NCBI GenBank assembly: GCA_964360585.1
Contig: CAYHXC010000006.1
Span: 8,256 to 72,255, forward strand
Direction of reading: 5' to 3'
DNA from: an uncultured Candidatus Saccharibacteria bacterium
GTDB taxonomy: Bacteria > Patescibacteriota > Minisyncoccia > UBA6257 > 2-01-FULL-56-20
Length of the DNA: 64,000 nt
A model generated the notes under the pieces. The model did not search any database, had not been told where the DNA came from, and saw only the letters and a program-made list of their open reading frames with translations. Below are positions 37,619-47,469 of this stretch, one piece after another. Both the position numbers and the translations under genes were made by a program. How positions within the stretch are numbered: the stretch's first letter is position 1; every line of letters starts with the position of its first letter.

Positions 37619-38038
37619 ATGAAAGTTATATTGAAGGATGGTCGGTGGTATATGCTCCGTTTTGACCGCGGAGAGGATGTTATTGCCGAACTTAAGAAGT
37701 TCGCGACAGAGAATAAAATACGCGCAGCTACTTTTTCGGCCATCGGTTCAACTGACGAGATTGTTGTTTCCTGGTTTCATCCCGATGAGAGAAAATATCA
37801 CGACCACTCACTCACCAAAAAACTAGAAGTGGTTAATTTGAATGGCAATATAGCCATAGCAAATAATGAACCGGCCATTCATGCCCATGGCAGTTTTTCT
37901 GATGTGGAACTACATGGTCGTTCAGGACATGTCAAAAAATTGATTGTTTCAGCAACCTGCGAGATGTTTTTACAAACAATGGAAGGAGAAATTCAAAGAG
38001 GATTCGACGAGCAGACTGGGTTACATTTAATGCAATGA
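37619..38038 (+). CDS. DUF296/PPC-domain protein
   Basis: The order ...ATFSAIGSTDEIVVSWFH...LEVVNLNGNIA...HAHGSF... matches the PPC (DUF296) fold pattern. Confidence 0.5.
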   Translation: MKVILKDGRWYMLRFDRGEDVIAELKKFATENKIRAATFSAIGSTDEIVVSWFHPDERKYHDHSLTKKLEVVNLNGNIAIANNEPAIHAHGSFSDVELHGRSGHVKKLIVSATCEMFLQTMEGEIQRGFDEQTGLHLMQ

Positions 38039-38042
38039 TGAT

Positions 38043-38393
38043 ATGAACCAAATTATCAACGATTTAACCACAAAAAAGTGTGTGGCCTGCGAAGGAGGTG
38101 TGCCACCCTTAACGCCCGACGAAGTTGAGGTCTATCAAAAAAAGTTTGCTGAACCGTGGGAGGTGGTGGCTCATATGAGACTGAAGAAGATATTCAAATT
38201 TCCTGATTTTAAAAAGGCGCTCGATTTTGTCGACAAGGTTGGCTTTTTGGCCGAAGAAGAAGGCCATCATCCTGATGTCTATCTTTCCTATGGCCAGGCG
38301 GTAATTGAACTCACGACCCACGCCATTAAAGGACTTTCGGAGAACGACTTTATCTTAGCGGCGAAGATCGACGGACTAGGGGTTAGTGATTAG
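38043..38393 (+). CDS. phhB: pterin-4-alpha-carbinolamine dehydratase (PCD/DCoH)
   Basis: EEEGHHPDVYLSYGQAVIELTTHA is the PCD signature. Confidence 0.85.
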   Translation: MNQIINDLTTKKCVACEGGVPPLTPDEVEVYQKKFAEPWEVVAHMRLKKIFKFPDFKKALDFVDKVGFLAEEEGHHPDVYLSYGQAVIELTTHAIKGLSENDFILAAKIDGLGVSD

Positions 38394-38471
38394 GGGATAG
38401 TGACTAGGAGTATGAATACAATGGATCAAAAATAACTAACCACTATACCCTAAACCCTATTCACTATTTGT

Positions 38472-39182
38472 ATGTCTCGGCTTATTTTTGATATTGAAAC
38501 CATCGGTGAGGACTTTGATACGCTCGATGAGACGACGCAGGAGTCTTTGACGCGGTGGATCAAAAAAGAATCGGCAAATGATAAGGAGTACCGTGAAGCC
38601 CTTCAGGAGATGAAGGAGGGTTTGGGTTTTTCGGCGCTCACCGGATCAATCGTGGCGATCGGTGTCCTCGATTATGAGAAAGATAAGGGCGTGGTTTATT
38701 TTCAGGCGCCGGGAAAGAAGATGGAGGAATTTGAAGAGGGAAGGTTTCGATATAAACCGATGACCGAAGAGGAAATGCTCCAAGCCTTTTGGCAGGGAGC
38801 GATGCAGTACGATGAATTCGTGACCTTTAACGGCCGGGGATTCGATGTGCCTTTTTTAAATACTCGTTCGGCAATCTATAAAATTCGGCCGACGAAAGAT
38901 CTGATGTCCAACCGCTACATGAGCAATCAGCGATTCGGAGCGATGCATATCGATCTCTTAGATCAATTATCGTATTACGGCGCACTTCGTAGGAAGGGGA
39001 GTCTTCATCTGTGGAGCCGGGCTTTTGGCATTGAAAGCCCGAAAACCGGCGGCGTGACCGGAGATGATGTGGCCGATCTTTTTAAAAAGAAAAAATACAA
39101 AGAAATCGCGATCTATAACGCTCGCGATCTTCACGCAACCAAAGAGCTCTATGATGTGTGGGACAAGTACTTACGGTTTTAA
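38472..39182 (+). CDS. predicted RNase H-like 3'-5' exonuclease (PolB-exo-like)
   Basis: FDIETIG (DxE exo I motif), ...FNGRGFDVPFL and a C-terminal YNARDLHATKELY. Confidence 0.55.
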   Translation: MSRLIFDIETIGEDFDTLDETTQESLTRWIKKESANDKEYREALQEMKEGLGFSALTGSIVAIGVLDYEKDKGVVYFQAPGKKMEEFEEGRFRYKPMTEEEMLQAFWQGAMQYDEFVTFNGRGFDVPFLNTRSAIYKIRPTKDLMSNRYMSNQRFGAMHIDLLDQLSYYGALRRKGSLHLWSRAFGIESPKTGGVTGDDVADLFKKKKYKEIAIYNARDLHATKELYDVWDKYLRF

Positions 39183-39382
39183 ATAACGATAGTTGGAAGG
39201 GAATTGCGGAAATAGACGTCAATTATGAAGAAAAATCGCTTCGTCATCTTCCTTGCATCTTCATAAAAAATATTGTATAGTGTGGCCTATTCGTAGACCC
39301 TTGAAAAACCAATAGACGCTGATTTTTTCTGCTCTAGACGCATCAGTTCTTAAAACATAAAGGTCTTACGTGCTACATACTC

Positions 39383-41500
39383 ATGAAAAGAATCCTTACG
39401 GTTTTCTTTTCTCTTAGCCTTGTTTTTGCTCTTGCTCAAGTATCTGAAGTTCGCGCCTCAGGAAATGGTCCGTTCTTCACGGGTTGGTCGCCACTTACAA
39501 CTGCCACGGCTACCCAGCCGTACCAGTATGATGTGAATGCTCAGGATCCGGAGAATGATGTGTTAGTTTACAGTCTATTGTCCGCACCAGCTGGTATGAC
39601 AATCGACAGTGCCACCGGAGTAATCTCCTGGACGCCGGATGCCTCACAGGTATCCGCGACGCCGTATGACGTCGAAGTCGAGGTTTCCGATGGTTCGAAC
39701 ACAATCTCGCGACCGTTTCAGGTAACAGTGTCCGGAAGTAATCTCGGTCCATTCTTCATTCAGTGGGCGCCAGTCACGACTGCTACAGCCACCGAGTTGT
39801 ACGGTTATGACGTAAACGCCTTTGATCCGGAAAACGATCCGTTGACGTATAGTTTGGTAACCGCACCGTCTGGTATGACGATCGACAGTTCGACTGGCGT
39901 GATCTCTTGGACGCCCGACATCGCCCAGGTCTCAACGACCCCGTACGATGCCGAGGTTGAAGTTACTGATGGTGTAAATACCATCGCTCGTCCGTTTCAG
40001 GTGACGGTAGCGGCTCCGACTTCCGGTAGTGGAAATCTCGGTCCATTCTTCATTCAGTGGGCGCCAGTCACGACTGCGACAGCCGACCAGCTGTACTGGT
40101 ACGACGTAAACGCCTTTGATCCGGAGAATGATCCGTTGACTTTCAGTTTGGTCAGTTCGACCCCAGCAGGAATCACGATTAACGCTTCGAGCGGTTTGAT
40201 CGAGTGGACACCAACACAAGCTCAAGCTACTTCGACCGCGTACGTGATCAATGTTCAGGTTGCTGATCCGACGCACGCTGTTAGCCGGGACTTTCCGATT
40301 ACGGTGAGTTTGGCGACAACGTCTACCAACATCGGTCCGTTTTTCCAGGGCTGGAATCCACTCACCACTGCTACAGCCACCGTGCCGTACAGTTATGATG
40401 TGAATGCCCAGGACGGGGAGAACGATCCGCTGACCTATACTTTGGTCAGCTCGACGCCGGCTGGTATGACGATTAACGCTTCGAGCGGTTTGATCGAGTG
40501 GACACCCACTTTGACTCAAGCTACTTCGACACCGTATGACGTGACCGTGCAGGTCAACGATCCCTTCACTGCGGATCCGACCCACACGATTCAACGCAGC
40601 TTCCAGATCACTGTAGCCGATGCACCGACTTCGACCACACCAACTTCAACACCGCCGGTTAATCCACCAGGAGGTGGAGGCGGAGGAGGGGGCGGTGGCG
40701 GTGGTGGGGGAGGCGGATCAATCACTTTGGTCCCTTCTTCTAACCCGTCCTGTCCTCCGAACTGTGGTGGTGGCGGACCGATTGGAGTTCCGACCGGAAG
40801 CGTAAATCTTCCGCCGTACTTCGTTGGTTTCAATCCGATCACAGTGGCGCCAATTAACGTTATGTATTTGTACGACGCTAATGCTACTGACCCGGAGAAT
40901 CAGCCGCTCACTTTCAGTATCTTGGAAGGACCGGCTGGTCTTGGCATCCTACCGAGTAATGGCTTGATCTACTGGACCCCGACGGCCAGCCAGGCTCGCA
41001 CCACGCCGTACACGGTTATGGTGCAGGTCTCGGACGGTACGCTCGTGGCCACGACCTCGTATGCGATTACGGTTCCGGTGACGTTGATTGTGACTACACC
41101 TGTAGTCGTGACCCCGACGCCGACCGTTACGCCGATAGGTTCAGGCGATGCGACAACGACTCTTGCGACCACAACCGCTCCGGTTGCGGTCGCACCGAGC
41201 CCGCTCCTCGCTATGCTTACCGGTATCGCTGACTGGTTCCGCGACAATTACTGCGTGATGGGCTACCTCCTGTGGCTCTTGACCGTTCTTGCCTGGCTTG
41301 CCTATCTTCTCTTTGACGAAAGAGAGGAGAGCAAGGACCGAGCGCGAGCGGCCGAGGAGTTGCAAGAAGAGCTTGATGACGTAGCCGATATGGTCGAAGA
41401 ACCGATCATGGCGCATCCGAGCACGCGTTTTTCGGGAGGCTCAACTACGTTTGAGACAACTCCGCAAAATCTCGCGACAGGCCAAGGAAGAGAGGTTTAA
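39383..41500 (+). CDS. secreted surface protein: signal peptide, 6 He_PIG/cadherin-like Ig repeats, G16 linker, C-terminal TM and an acidic tail
   Basis: Repeats GPFF(T/I)(G/Q)W(S/A)P(L/V)TTATAT.PY.YDVNA.DPEND.L.YSL..AP.GMTIDS.TGVISWTP; GGGGGGGGGGGGGGGG at nt ~40670-40717; YLLWLLTVLAWLAYLLF TM. Confidence 0.7.
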   Translation: MKRILTVFFSLSLVFALAQVSEVRASGNGPFFTGWSPLTTATATQPYQYDVNAQDPENDVLVYSLLSAPAGMTIDSATGVISWTPDASQVSATPYDVEVEVSDGSNTISRPFQVTVSGSNLGPFFIQWAPVTTATATELYGYDVNAFDPENDPLTYSLVTAPSGMTIDSSTGVISWTPDIAQVSTTPYDAEVEVTDGVNTIARPFQVTVAAPTSGSGNLGPFFIQWAPVTTATADQLYWYDVNAFDPENDPLTFSLVSSTPAGITINASSGLIEWTPTQAQATSTAYVINVQVADPTHAVSRDFPITVSLATTSTNIGPFFQGWNPLTTATATVPYSYDVNAQDGENDPLTYTLVSSTPAGMTINASSGLIEWTPTLTQATSTPYDVTVQVNDPFTADPTHTIQRSFQITVADAPTSTTPTSTPPVNPPGGGGGGGGGGGGGGGGSITLVPSSNPSCPPNCGGGGPIGVPTGSVNLPPYFVGFNPITVAPINVMYLYDANATDPENQPLTFSILEGPAGLGILPSNGLIYWTPTASQARTTPYTVMVQVSDGTLVATTSYAITVPVTLIVTTPVVVTPTPTVTPIGSGDATTTLATTTAPVAVAPSPLLAMLTGIADWFRDNYCVMGYLLWLLTVLAWLAYLLFDEREESKDRARAAEELQEELDDVADMVEEPIMAHPSTRFSGGSTTFETTPQNLATGQGREV

Positions 41501-41512
41501 AAACCCTAAGAA

Positions 41513-41538
41513 GCCGCTCAGAAATGAGCGGCTTTTTA
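41513..41538 (+). terminator. rho-independent terminator
   Basis: GCCGCTCAgaaaTGAGCGGC followed by TTTTT. Confidence 0.7.
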
Positions 41539-41584
41539 GTTTCTTTTTCGATTTTTCAGTCTTCAGATTTTCTCCATGAATCCT

Positions 41585-41613
41585 TTGACACAATACAAAA
41601 TATGACGTAGAAT
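41585..41613 (+). promoter_or_regulatory. sigma70 promoter TTGACA-N17-TAGAAT
   Basis: Seen directly upstream of gene 41682. Confidence 0.55.
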
Positions 41614-41681
41614 GCGGCCAGTTCCAGATCATCGTCAACTTAAAATTCTGAACCGAAAACTTTGAGAAAGAGGAGGCAACC

Positions 41682-43802
41682 ATGAAATGTGTCAGGATTA
41701 TCGTCATTTTTTTGACGATAGCGTTCCTGGCGGGAGGGGCGGTGGCGCAGTCGAACTGCTTCATTGTTCATTCTGGCCCAGGATGCGACGATCCAGTTTG
41801 CGCGGATAAAGTTTGCGCACTCGATCGTTGCCCGTTCTGCTGCAGCCCCAATAATAAACAGTGGGACACGAGTTGCGCCAATGAGGCGAACGCCTTATGT
41901 CGCGGCACGGCAACGCCGGCACTGACAGTGACGTCCAGCCGGACGATCACCCCGAGCCCAACGGCGACACTTACACCGCCTGACGACAGTACGGTGACGC
42001 CGATACCCACGACAACGTGGACTCGGACAACTGTGCCGTCGGGAACTCCAACGGCAACATTTGTTCCACCGACGTCGACTGTAACGGCGAGTGTGACTCC
42101 GATGGGGACCTTATCTCCATCGGGCACGCCACTGAACACGGCGACGCCAACGTTTACGGCAACAGTAACGTTCACACCGACTCCAAGCGACACACTGACG
42201 CGTACCCCAACCGGGACACGAACAGAAACGGTGACGGGAACGCCAACGAATACGGCAATTCCGACGCCGACTATGACGCGTACGGGAACAACGACACCCA
42301 CACCAAGCGGAGACTGTTGCAGTGAACACGACGAACCGGGATGTAAGATTCCGGCGTGTCAGGCGGCAGTGTGTAATCCGAATGGTATTGGGGATCCTTC
42401 GTGCTGTATGGCGCTCTTCACATCGCCGCATTGGGATGCTTCGTGTGTTGGAGCAGCATTCTTTTATCAAAACGAATGTGGATGCCAAGCTCCAACGCCA
42501 ACAGCAACGGCGACCATGACGGGTACGCTCGTTCCGACGCAGACTCGTACACCAACAATGACGCGAACGCCGACGAACACACGGACCGCAACTGAAACCA
42601 GAACGGCAACGGAAATCCCGGCACCGACGGAAACAGAAGTGCCGACGGATACGCCAGAGCCAACGGAAACATCGGCACCCACGAACACGCGGACGTTCAC
42701 TAAGACGGCCACGATGACGCGGACACCGACATGGACAAAGACGGAAACTACGATGCCGGAGCCGACGGAAACTGAAGCTCCGACAGAAACCCCGGAATCG
42801 ACCGAGACAGCGGTACCGACGAATACTCGGACCGCGACTCGCACTCCGACCTGGACGCGTACACCAACAATGACGCGAACAGCAACGAGAACGCCGACGG
42901 TGGAATCGTCAGTTGGGAGCTGTTGTGAGGCTCACGATACTCCTGGCTGCAATGAACCGGTTTGCGAATCGGTAATCTGCTCCATTGATCCGTTGTGCTG
43001 TCAGCCGAGCGGTATTCGCACAGATTTTGATTTGAGCTGTGCGAGTATTCCGAACGATCCGCGGTATCGGGAGTTCTGCGCTTGCGCACAACAACCGGAA
43101 CCAACAGAAACACCGACCGAGGTATTCACGGCAACGCGGACACCAACATCAACTCGGACAATGACGTTCACGCGGACACCGACTGCCACTAAAACAGCGG
43201 TGGACACTCCGACAGAGACTCCAACGCGTACTCCGACAGATACCAGGACCGACACTCCGACGCGGACACCGACTGATACTTGGACCGAGACTCCAACGCG
43301 TACCCCCAGCGGGACGCGTGAACCGACGGAGACGCGGACGGCTACTCGGACTCCGACAAACACCAGAACCGATACGCCGACTCGGACGGATACTCCGACG
43401 CGGACACCAACGGACACCCGGACGGAGATTCCTTCGCGAACTCCAACTGGGACACGTGAACCAACGGAGACGCGGACATTTACGCCAAGTCGAGTGCCAA
43501 CAGATACGCGCACCGCGACACCGGTCAATCCAACCCGGACACCAACTGCAGGAATGTGTGGTATAAACCCTGTATGTTGGGGCGACTGTGACGGCAACTG
43601 TCGCGTCACGGTCGATGAGATGGTAACCGGAGTGAATCTTCTCTTCGAGAAGGAGTCTCCGACCTTTGAGCCCTGTTTCTTCCAATTCAATCGAAGCAGG
43701 GAACGAGATCCTCGTCGGGCAGTTCCGCCTCCGAGGATTACGGTGGATGAGCTAGTGACAGGCGTGAATAATCTGCTTCACAGCTGCCAGCGACCACAGT
43801 GA
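41682..43802 (+). CDS. secreted Thr/Pro-rich protein with three Cys-rich modules and a C-terminal dockerin-like tandem repeat
   Basis: Signal peptide. Modules CFIVHSGPGCDDPVC...C, DCCSEHDEPGCKIPACQAAVCNP...C, SCCEAHDTPGCNEPVCESVIC...C separated by (TPT.TRT)n linkers. C-terminus GDCDGNCRVTVDEMVTGVNLL ... RITVDELVTGVNNLL resembles dockerin Ca-binding repeats. Confidence 0.65.
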   Translation: MKCVRIIVIFLTIAFLAGGAVAQSNCFIVHSGPGCDDPVCADKVCALDRCPFCCSPNNKQWDTSCANEANALCRGTATPALTVTSSRTITPSPTATLTPPDDSTVTPIPTTTWTRTTVPSGTPTATFVPPTSTVTASVTPMGTLSPSGTPLNTATPTFTATVTFTPTPSDTLTRTPTGTRTETVTGTPTNTAIPTPTMTRTGTTTPTPSGDCCSEHDEPGCKIPACQAAVCNPNGIGDPSCCMALFTSPHWDASCVGAAFFYQNECGCQAPTPTATATMTGTLVPTQTRTPTMTRTPTNTRTATETRTATEIPAPTETEVPTDTPEPTETSAPTNTRTFTKTATMTRTPTWTKTETTMPEPTETEAPTETPESTETAVPTNTRTATRTPTWTRTPTMTRTATRTPTVESSVGSCCEAHDTPGCNEPVCESVICSIDPLCCQPSGIRTDFDLSCASIPNDPRYREFCACAQQPEPTETPTEVFTATRTPTSTRTMTFTRTPTATKTAVDTPTETPTRTPTDTRTDTPTRTPTDTWTETPTRTPSGTREPTETRTATRTPTNTRTDTPTRTDTPTRTPTDTRTEIPSRTPTGTREPTETRTFTPSRVPTDTRTATPVNPTRTPTAGMCGINPVCWGDCDGNCRVTVDEMVTGVNLLFEKESPTFEPCFFQFNRSRERDPRRAVPPPRITVDELVTGVNNLLHSCQRPQ

Positions 43803-43825
43803 CAATGACGATGTAGACCCAAATA

Positions 43826-43861
43826 CCCCCAGGTGCACAATGTGTGTCTGGGGATTTTTTA
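43826..43861 (+). terminator. rho-independent terminator
   Basis: CCCCCAGGtgcacaatgtgtgtCTGGGG followed by ATTTTTT. Confidence 0.7.
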
Positions 43862-43887
43862 TCTCGCAACAATTGATACTTTAAAAA

Positions 43888-43919
43888 CTCTTCTTATTCA
43901 CGATCGCGAATAAGAAGAG
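43888..43919. repeat. near-perfect palindrome CTCTTCTTATTCacgatcgcGAATAAGAAGAG (same family as 56757-56800)
   Basis: 12-bp arms around a GATC-containing loop. The motif is shared with the hairpin at 56757. Confidence 0.8.
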
Positions 43920-43987
43920 TTTCCTGCAATATGTGTGAAGTATATTAAAATTGACTTTAGAGTTCCAAAAAACTACCGTGTGAATGT

Positions 43988-46111
43988 ATGAAGTTAGAAC
44001 TGACTTCACAAAATAAACCAGCGGGGGATCAGCCAAAAGCCATCGAAGGCTTGGTTTCTGGTCTCAAAAAAGGCTATAACAAGCAAACGCTTCTTGGTGT
44101 CACTGGCTCTGGAAAGACGTTTACGATTGCGCACACGATTGCCGAGTTACAAAAACCGACGCTTGTTATCGCCCACAACAAAACGCTGGCCGCCCAGCTC
44201 TGTAACGAGTTCCGTGAACTGTTTCCGAAAAACGCGGTTCACTATTTCGTTTCTTATTATGACTACTACCAGCCGGAAGCCTATATTCCGCGGACAGATA
44301 CCTATATAGGGAAGGAGGCGATGATTAATGATGAGATCGATAAGTTGCGCCACGCCGCCACAGCTGCGCTTTTAACGCGTAAAGACGTCATCGTTGTGGC
44401 ATCAGTTTCCTGTATCTATGGCTTGGGAGCGCCGCAAGAATATGCCAAAAATATTTTCCATCTGAAAAGTGGTACGGAAATCGATCGCAAGTTTTTCATG
44501 CGGAAATTAATTGAACTGCAGTTCACGCGAACGACGGCCGATCTGAGGCGCGGGACATTCCGGCTTCGCGGCGACAACTGGGAGATCATGCCGCCGGACC
44601 AGGAAATTATTTACACCTTTGCGTTACATGAGGGAAAGATCGAGAAGATTTATGCCGTTGATCCGGTTAAAGGATTCGAGCCAGGAGAGACGCCAACTTT
44701 GGAGGAGGTGCATATTGCGCCGGCGAAACATTTTATTACACCGGTTTCTGACCGTGAACGAGCGTTAAAATCGATTAAGGAAGAGTTGAAAGACCAGCTG
44801 AAGAAGTTTGAAAAGGAGAAAAAATATCTTGAGATTGAGCGGTTGGAACGACGAACGAAGTACGATCTCGCTATGATTCGTGAAGTAGGCTACTGCCACG
44901 GCATTGAAAACTACTCCCGACATCTTTCCGGCCGAGCGGCTGGTGAACCGCCAGATACATTGCTCAACTATTTTCCCAAGGATTTTTTGACAGTCATAGA
45001 CGAATCTCATGTCACCTTGCCCCAACTCCAAGGAATGCACGCCGGAGATGCTTCGCGCAAAAAGACCTTAATCGAATTCGGTTTTCGCTTGCCCTCTGCG
45101 GCCGACAATCGCCCTCTCACTTTTAATGAGTTCGAAGCGAGAACGAATCAGACGATCTATACCTCGGCCACGCCAGGGAAATATGAGATTGAAAAAAGCA
45201 GAGAAGCGGCTCAGCTCCGACGCTCGCCAAGCGAGGTCGGCGTCCCGACCGAAGCGTCGGGAATTGTTTCCCAAATCATTCGTCCGACTGGTTTGGTTGA
45301 TCCGAAAATTACTGTTCGTCCGGTGGTCGGGCAGATCAAGGATGTTATCGAGCGCATCAAGGAACGAGTCAATCTCACGGACCGTAAAAAAGAACGTGTC
45401 CTCGTAACGACCCTTACAAAACGGATGGCCGAAGACCTTACAAGTTATCTCGAGGAACTTAATATGAAAGTGAACTATATCCACAGCGACGTGAAGACGC
45501 TTGATCGGATCAAGATTTTAACCGAACTTCGGAAAGGGAACTACGACGTTTTGGTCGGGGTGAATTTACTTCGCGAAGGACTTGATCTTCCCGAGGTATC
45601 TCTGGTCGCCATTTTAGATGCCGATAAGGAAGGTTTCCTTCGGAGTGAGACTTCGCTCATACAGACAATTGGCCGGGCGGCCCGTAACGTGAATGGCGAA
45701 GTGGTGATGTACGCCGATCAGATCACCGGTTCAATCAAACGAGCGATAGGGGAGACAGAACGTCGCCGAGCGCTACAGCTTGCCTACAACAAAAAGCACG
45801 GCATCACGCCGAAGACGATCGAGAAAGAGATTCGGGATATATTACCAGCTGATGATATCTTGAAACTGGAAACTGCTGTTCTCGCGAAAAATAAGAAAGC
45901 GATTGAGATTCTGATCAAGCAGAAAGGAAAAGAGATGCGCGAGGCGGCCAAGAATTTGGATTTCGAACTGGCAACACTGCTTCGAGACGAACTTCGACTT
46001 TTGATGAAGTCCGCCAAGGAAAAAGAGAAAGACGAGGGAAAGCCAGAAGAGCCGGAAATGTTTATTCCGGCCAAAGGCAAAGGGAAAACCCCACGAGTTA
46101 AGATTCGATAG
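43988..46111 (+). CDS. uvrB: excinuclease ABC subunit B
   Basis: LLGVTGSGKTFT, helicase motifs, YYDYYQPEAYIP beta-hairpin, C-terminal UVR domain. Confidence 0.95.
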   Translation: MKLELTSQNKPAGDQPKAIEGLVSGLKKGYNKQTLLGVTGSGKTFTIAHTIAELQKPTLVIAHNKTLAAQLCNEFRELFPKNAVHYFVSYYDYYQPEAYIPRTDTYIGKEAMINDEIDKLRHAATAALLTRKDVIVVASVSCIYGLGAPQEYAKNIFHLKSGTEIDRKFFMRKLIELQFTRTTADLRRGTFRLRGDNWEIMPPDQEIIYTFALHEGKIEKIYAVDPVKGFEPGETPTLEEVHIAPAKHFITPVSDRERALKSIKEELKDQLKKFEKEKKYLEIERLERRTKYDLAMIREVGYCHGIENYSRHLSGRAAGEPPDTLLNYFPKDFLTVIDESHVTLPQLQGMHAGDASRKKTLIEFGFRLPSAADNRPLTFNEFEARTNQTIYTSATPGKYEIEKSREAAQLRRSPSEVGVPTEASGIVSQIIRPTGLVDPKITVRPVVGQIKDVIERIKERVNLTDRKKERVLVTTLTKRMAEDLTSYLEELNMKVNYIHSDVKTLDRIKILTELRKGNYDVLVGVNLLREGLDLPEVSLVAILDADKEGFLRSETSLIQTIGRAARNVNGEVVMYADQITGSIKRAIGETERRRALQLAYNKKHGITPKTIEKEIRDILPADDILKLETAVLAKNKKAIEILIKQKGKEMREAAKNLDFELATLLRDELRLLMKSAKEKEKDEGKPEEPEMFIPAKGKGKTPRVKIR

Positions 46112-46161
46112 CCGAAAATAAAAAAACTGCTCCAGAATTGCTGGGCAGTTGAGAATATTAA

Positions 46162-46491
46162 CTATTCTAGACAGTTGACGATAGCAGAGCATATGCGAAA
46201 GCTCGAGTCATTTTCATCGTCGGATCGATCTATCCAGAATACTTCATCCGGGAGACTCAATTCGTGGAGAATTTTCGATAGCTCAGCTAGAAATTGTCCG
46301 AATTCGCTGGGATTCATTATTGAGACCAAGACTTGGACGGCTGGAGCTCCGCAGCGAAGGAAATTCAGCACTTGAGCCACTTGTTCGATTTGAAGCTGGC
46401 TACTACAAGGAATGACCGGCACTCCGCCAACCTTGATCATTATTTCCCCCTGCTGAAGAAACATTGGTTTTAGCAAGAGTTCTTCGTCCAT
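46162..46491 (-). CDS. hypothetical protein
   Basis: ORF track. AGGAA RBS. Confidence 0.4.
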   Translation of the reverse strand: MDEELLLKPMFLQQGEIMIKVGGVPVIPCSSQLQIEQVAQVLNFLRCGAPAVQVLVSIMNPSEFGQFLAELSKILHELSLPDEVFWIDRSDDENDSSFRICSAIVNCLE

Positions 46492-46569
46492 ATCTATTCC
46501 TTTCTTATCACAAAGACTAGTTTCTAAATATCACAATAGAAACTTTTAGTCAAGCTAGAGGAGAATCGA

Positions 46570-47247
46570 TTAGCTTTCGAGAATAATCTCGATATCGATC
46601 TGGCGAATACCAATTTTGTAGGCCTGTTCTTTGGTTGTGACCCACAAATCCACGAAGTTTACCTTGCGCGGGTGCATGCGGTCCTGAATAGTGAAAACTT
46701 TGTTGCCGAAAAGTTTCGGAACACGGAACTGAGTGCCGAAAGGCAGGAAGTTCGCAGCCGCGATACCGTCGCCGGTTGGTAAGCCAGACGCAGTAATGAA
46801 CGGGGTGTCATCAGTTTCCTCGGGGGTGCTCGTATAGGCGGTTAACCAGACTTTCCGGGTGGTGGTTCGGGGCAAGAGAGGGGCGAGTTCCTGGGTCATC
46901 ACGAGCGTTGTAGTACCACCGGTTTCAATTTGCTGTGCTTTAGCTGGCTGGGGATAGATCGAGAGAAAGAAGACAAAAAGGAGCGTGAGGCGAAATGCCT
47001 GACTTTCCCAATGCCGAAACTGTGCCGTGAGCTGTCGTTTACCCCCCCACCAAATATTTCCCTGTCGTGTTAGCTCATCGTGTCCCGTATATGATTTAGT
47101 GGACGTGGGAAAAAGACCGCTAGCTTCTTGGTTGGGGGGCTTAGCCTCCGGGGAGTCGGCAGTACCGGCTCCGATTTGGTTTATAGACATGTAATTTATT
47201 TTGGGAACAAAAATACCCCTCGTCGGGGCACTCATACTTACCCCCAT
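46570..47247 (-). CDS. 3D-domain protein (MltA-like C-terminal fold; cell-wall associated)
   Basis: ...VWLTAYTSTPEETDDTPFITASG...AANFLPFGTQFRVP...NKVFTIQDRMHPR...DLWV matches the 3D domain, including its three conserved Asp. Confidence 0.7.
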   Translation of the reverse strand: MGVSMSAPTRGIFVPKINYMSINQIGAGTADSPEAKPPNQEASGLFPTSTKSYTGHDELTRQGNIWWGGKRQLTAQFRHWESQAFRLTLLFVFFLSIYPQPAKAQQIETGGTTTLVMTQELAPLLPRTTTRKVWLTAYTSTPEETDDTPFITASGLPTGDGIAAANFLPFGTQFRVPKLFGNKVFTIQDRMHPRKVNFVDLWVTTKEQAYKIGIRQIDIEIILES

Positions 47248-47469
47248 AGTCTAGTCGACAAAACCATTTTTGTCAACCTGATTTTCAAAATAACTAGGTT
47301 TTACCTATGTTTTTTAAGGTTGACGTCAGTCGGTTTCAGTCCGTTTTCCTTGATTAACCAGTAACTGACCCCGGATTTCACCCACACCTCGATTTGACTA
47401 AATCGAATCCATTTGAACCGATTATGAAGGTCCTTGGGGACATAAAAGGGACCCTTTGGGAAGCCCTTC

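Noticed and set aside
40670-40717. GGN homopolymer, TPT repeats or the REP family as a CRISPR array
   Set aside because: No regularly spaced identical repeats with unique spacers. The repeats are coding or are dispersed palindromes.
40591-40842. Poly-proline ORF (PPPPPPPPPPPPPPPPP)
   Set aside because: It is the reverse complement of the GGN run encoding the Gly16 linker of the surface protein, not an independent gene.
41768-43690. Multiple long antisense and alternative-frame ORFs inside the TP-rich gene
   Set aside because: Low-complexity reading of ACNCCN repeats. The + frame has a signal peptide, promoter and terminator.
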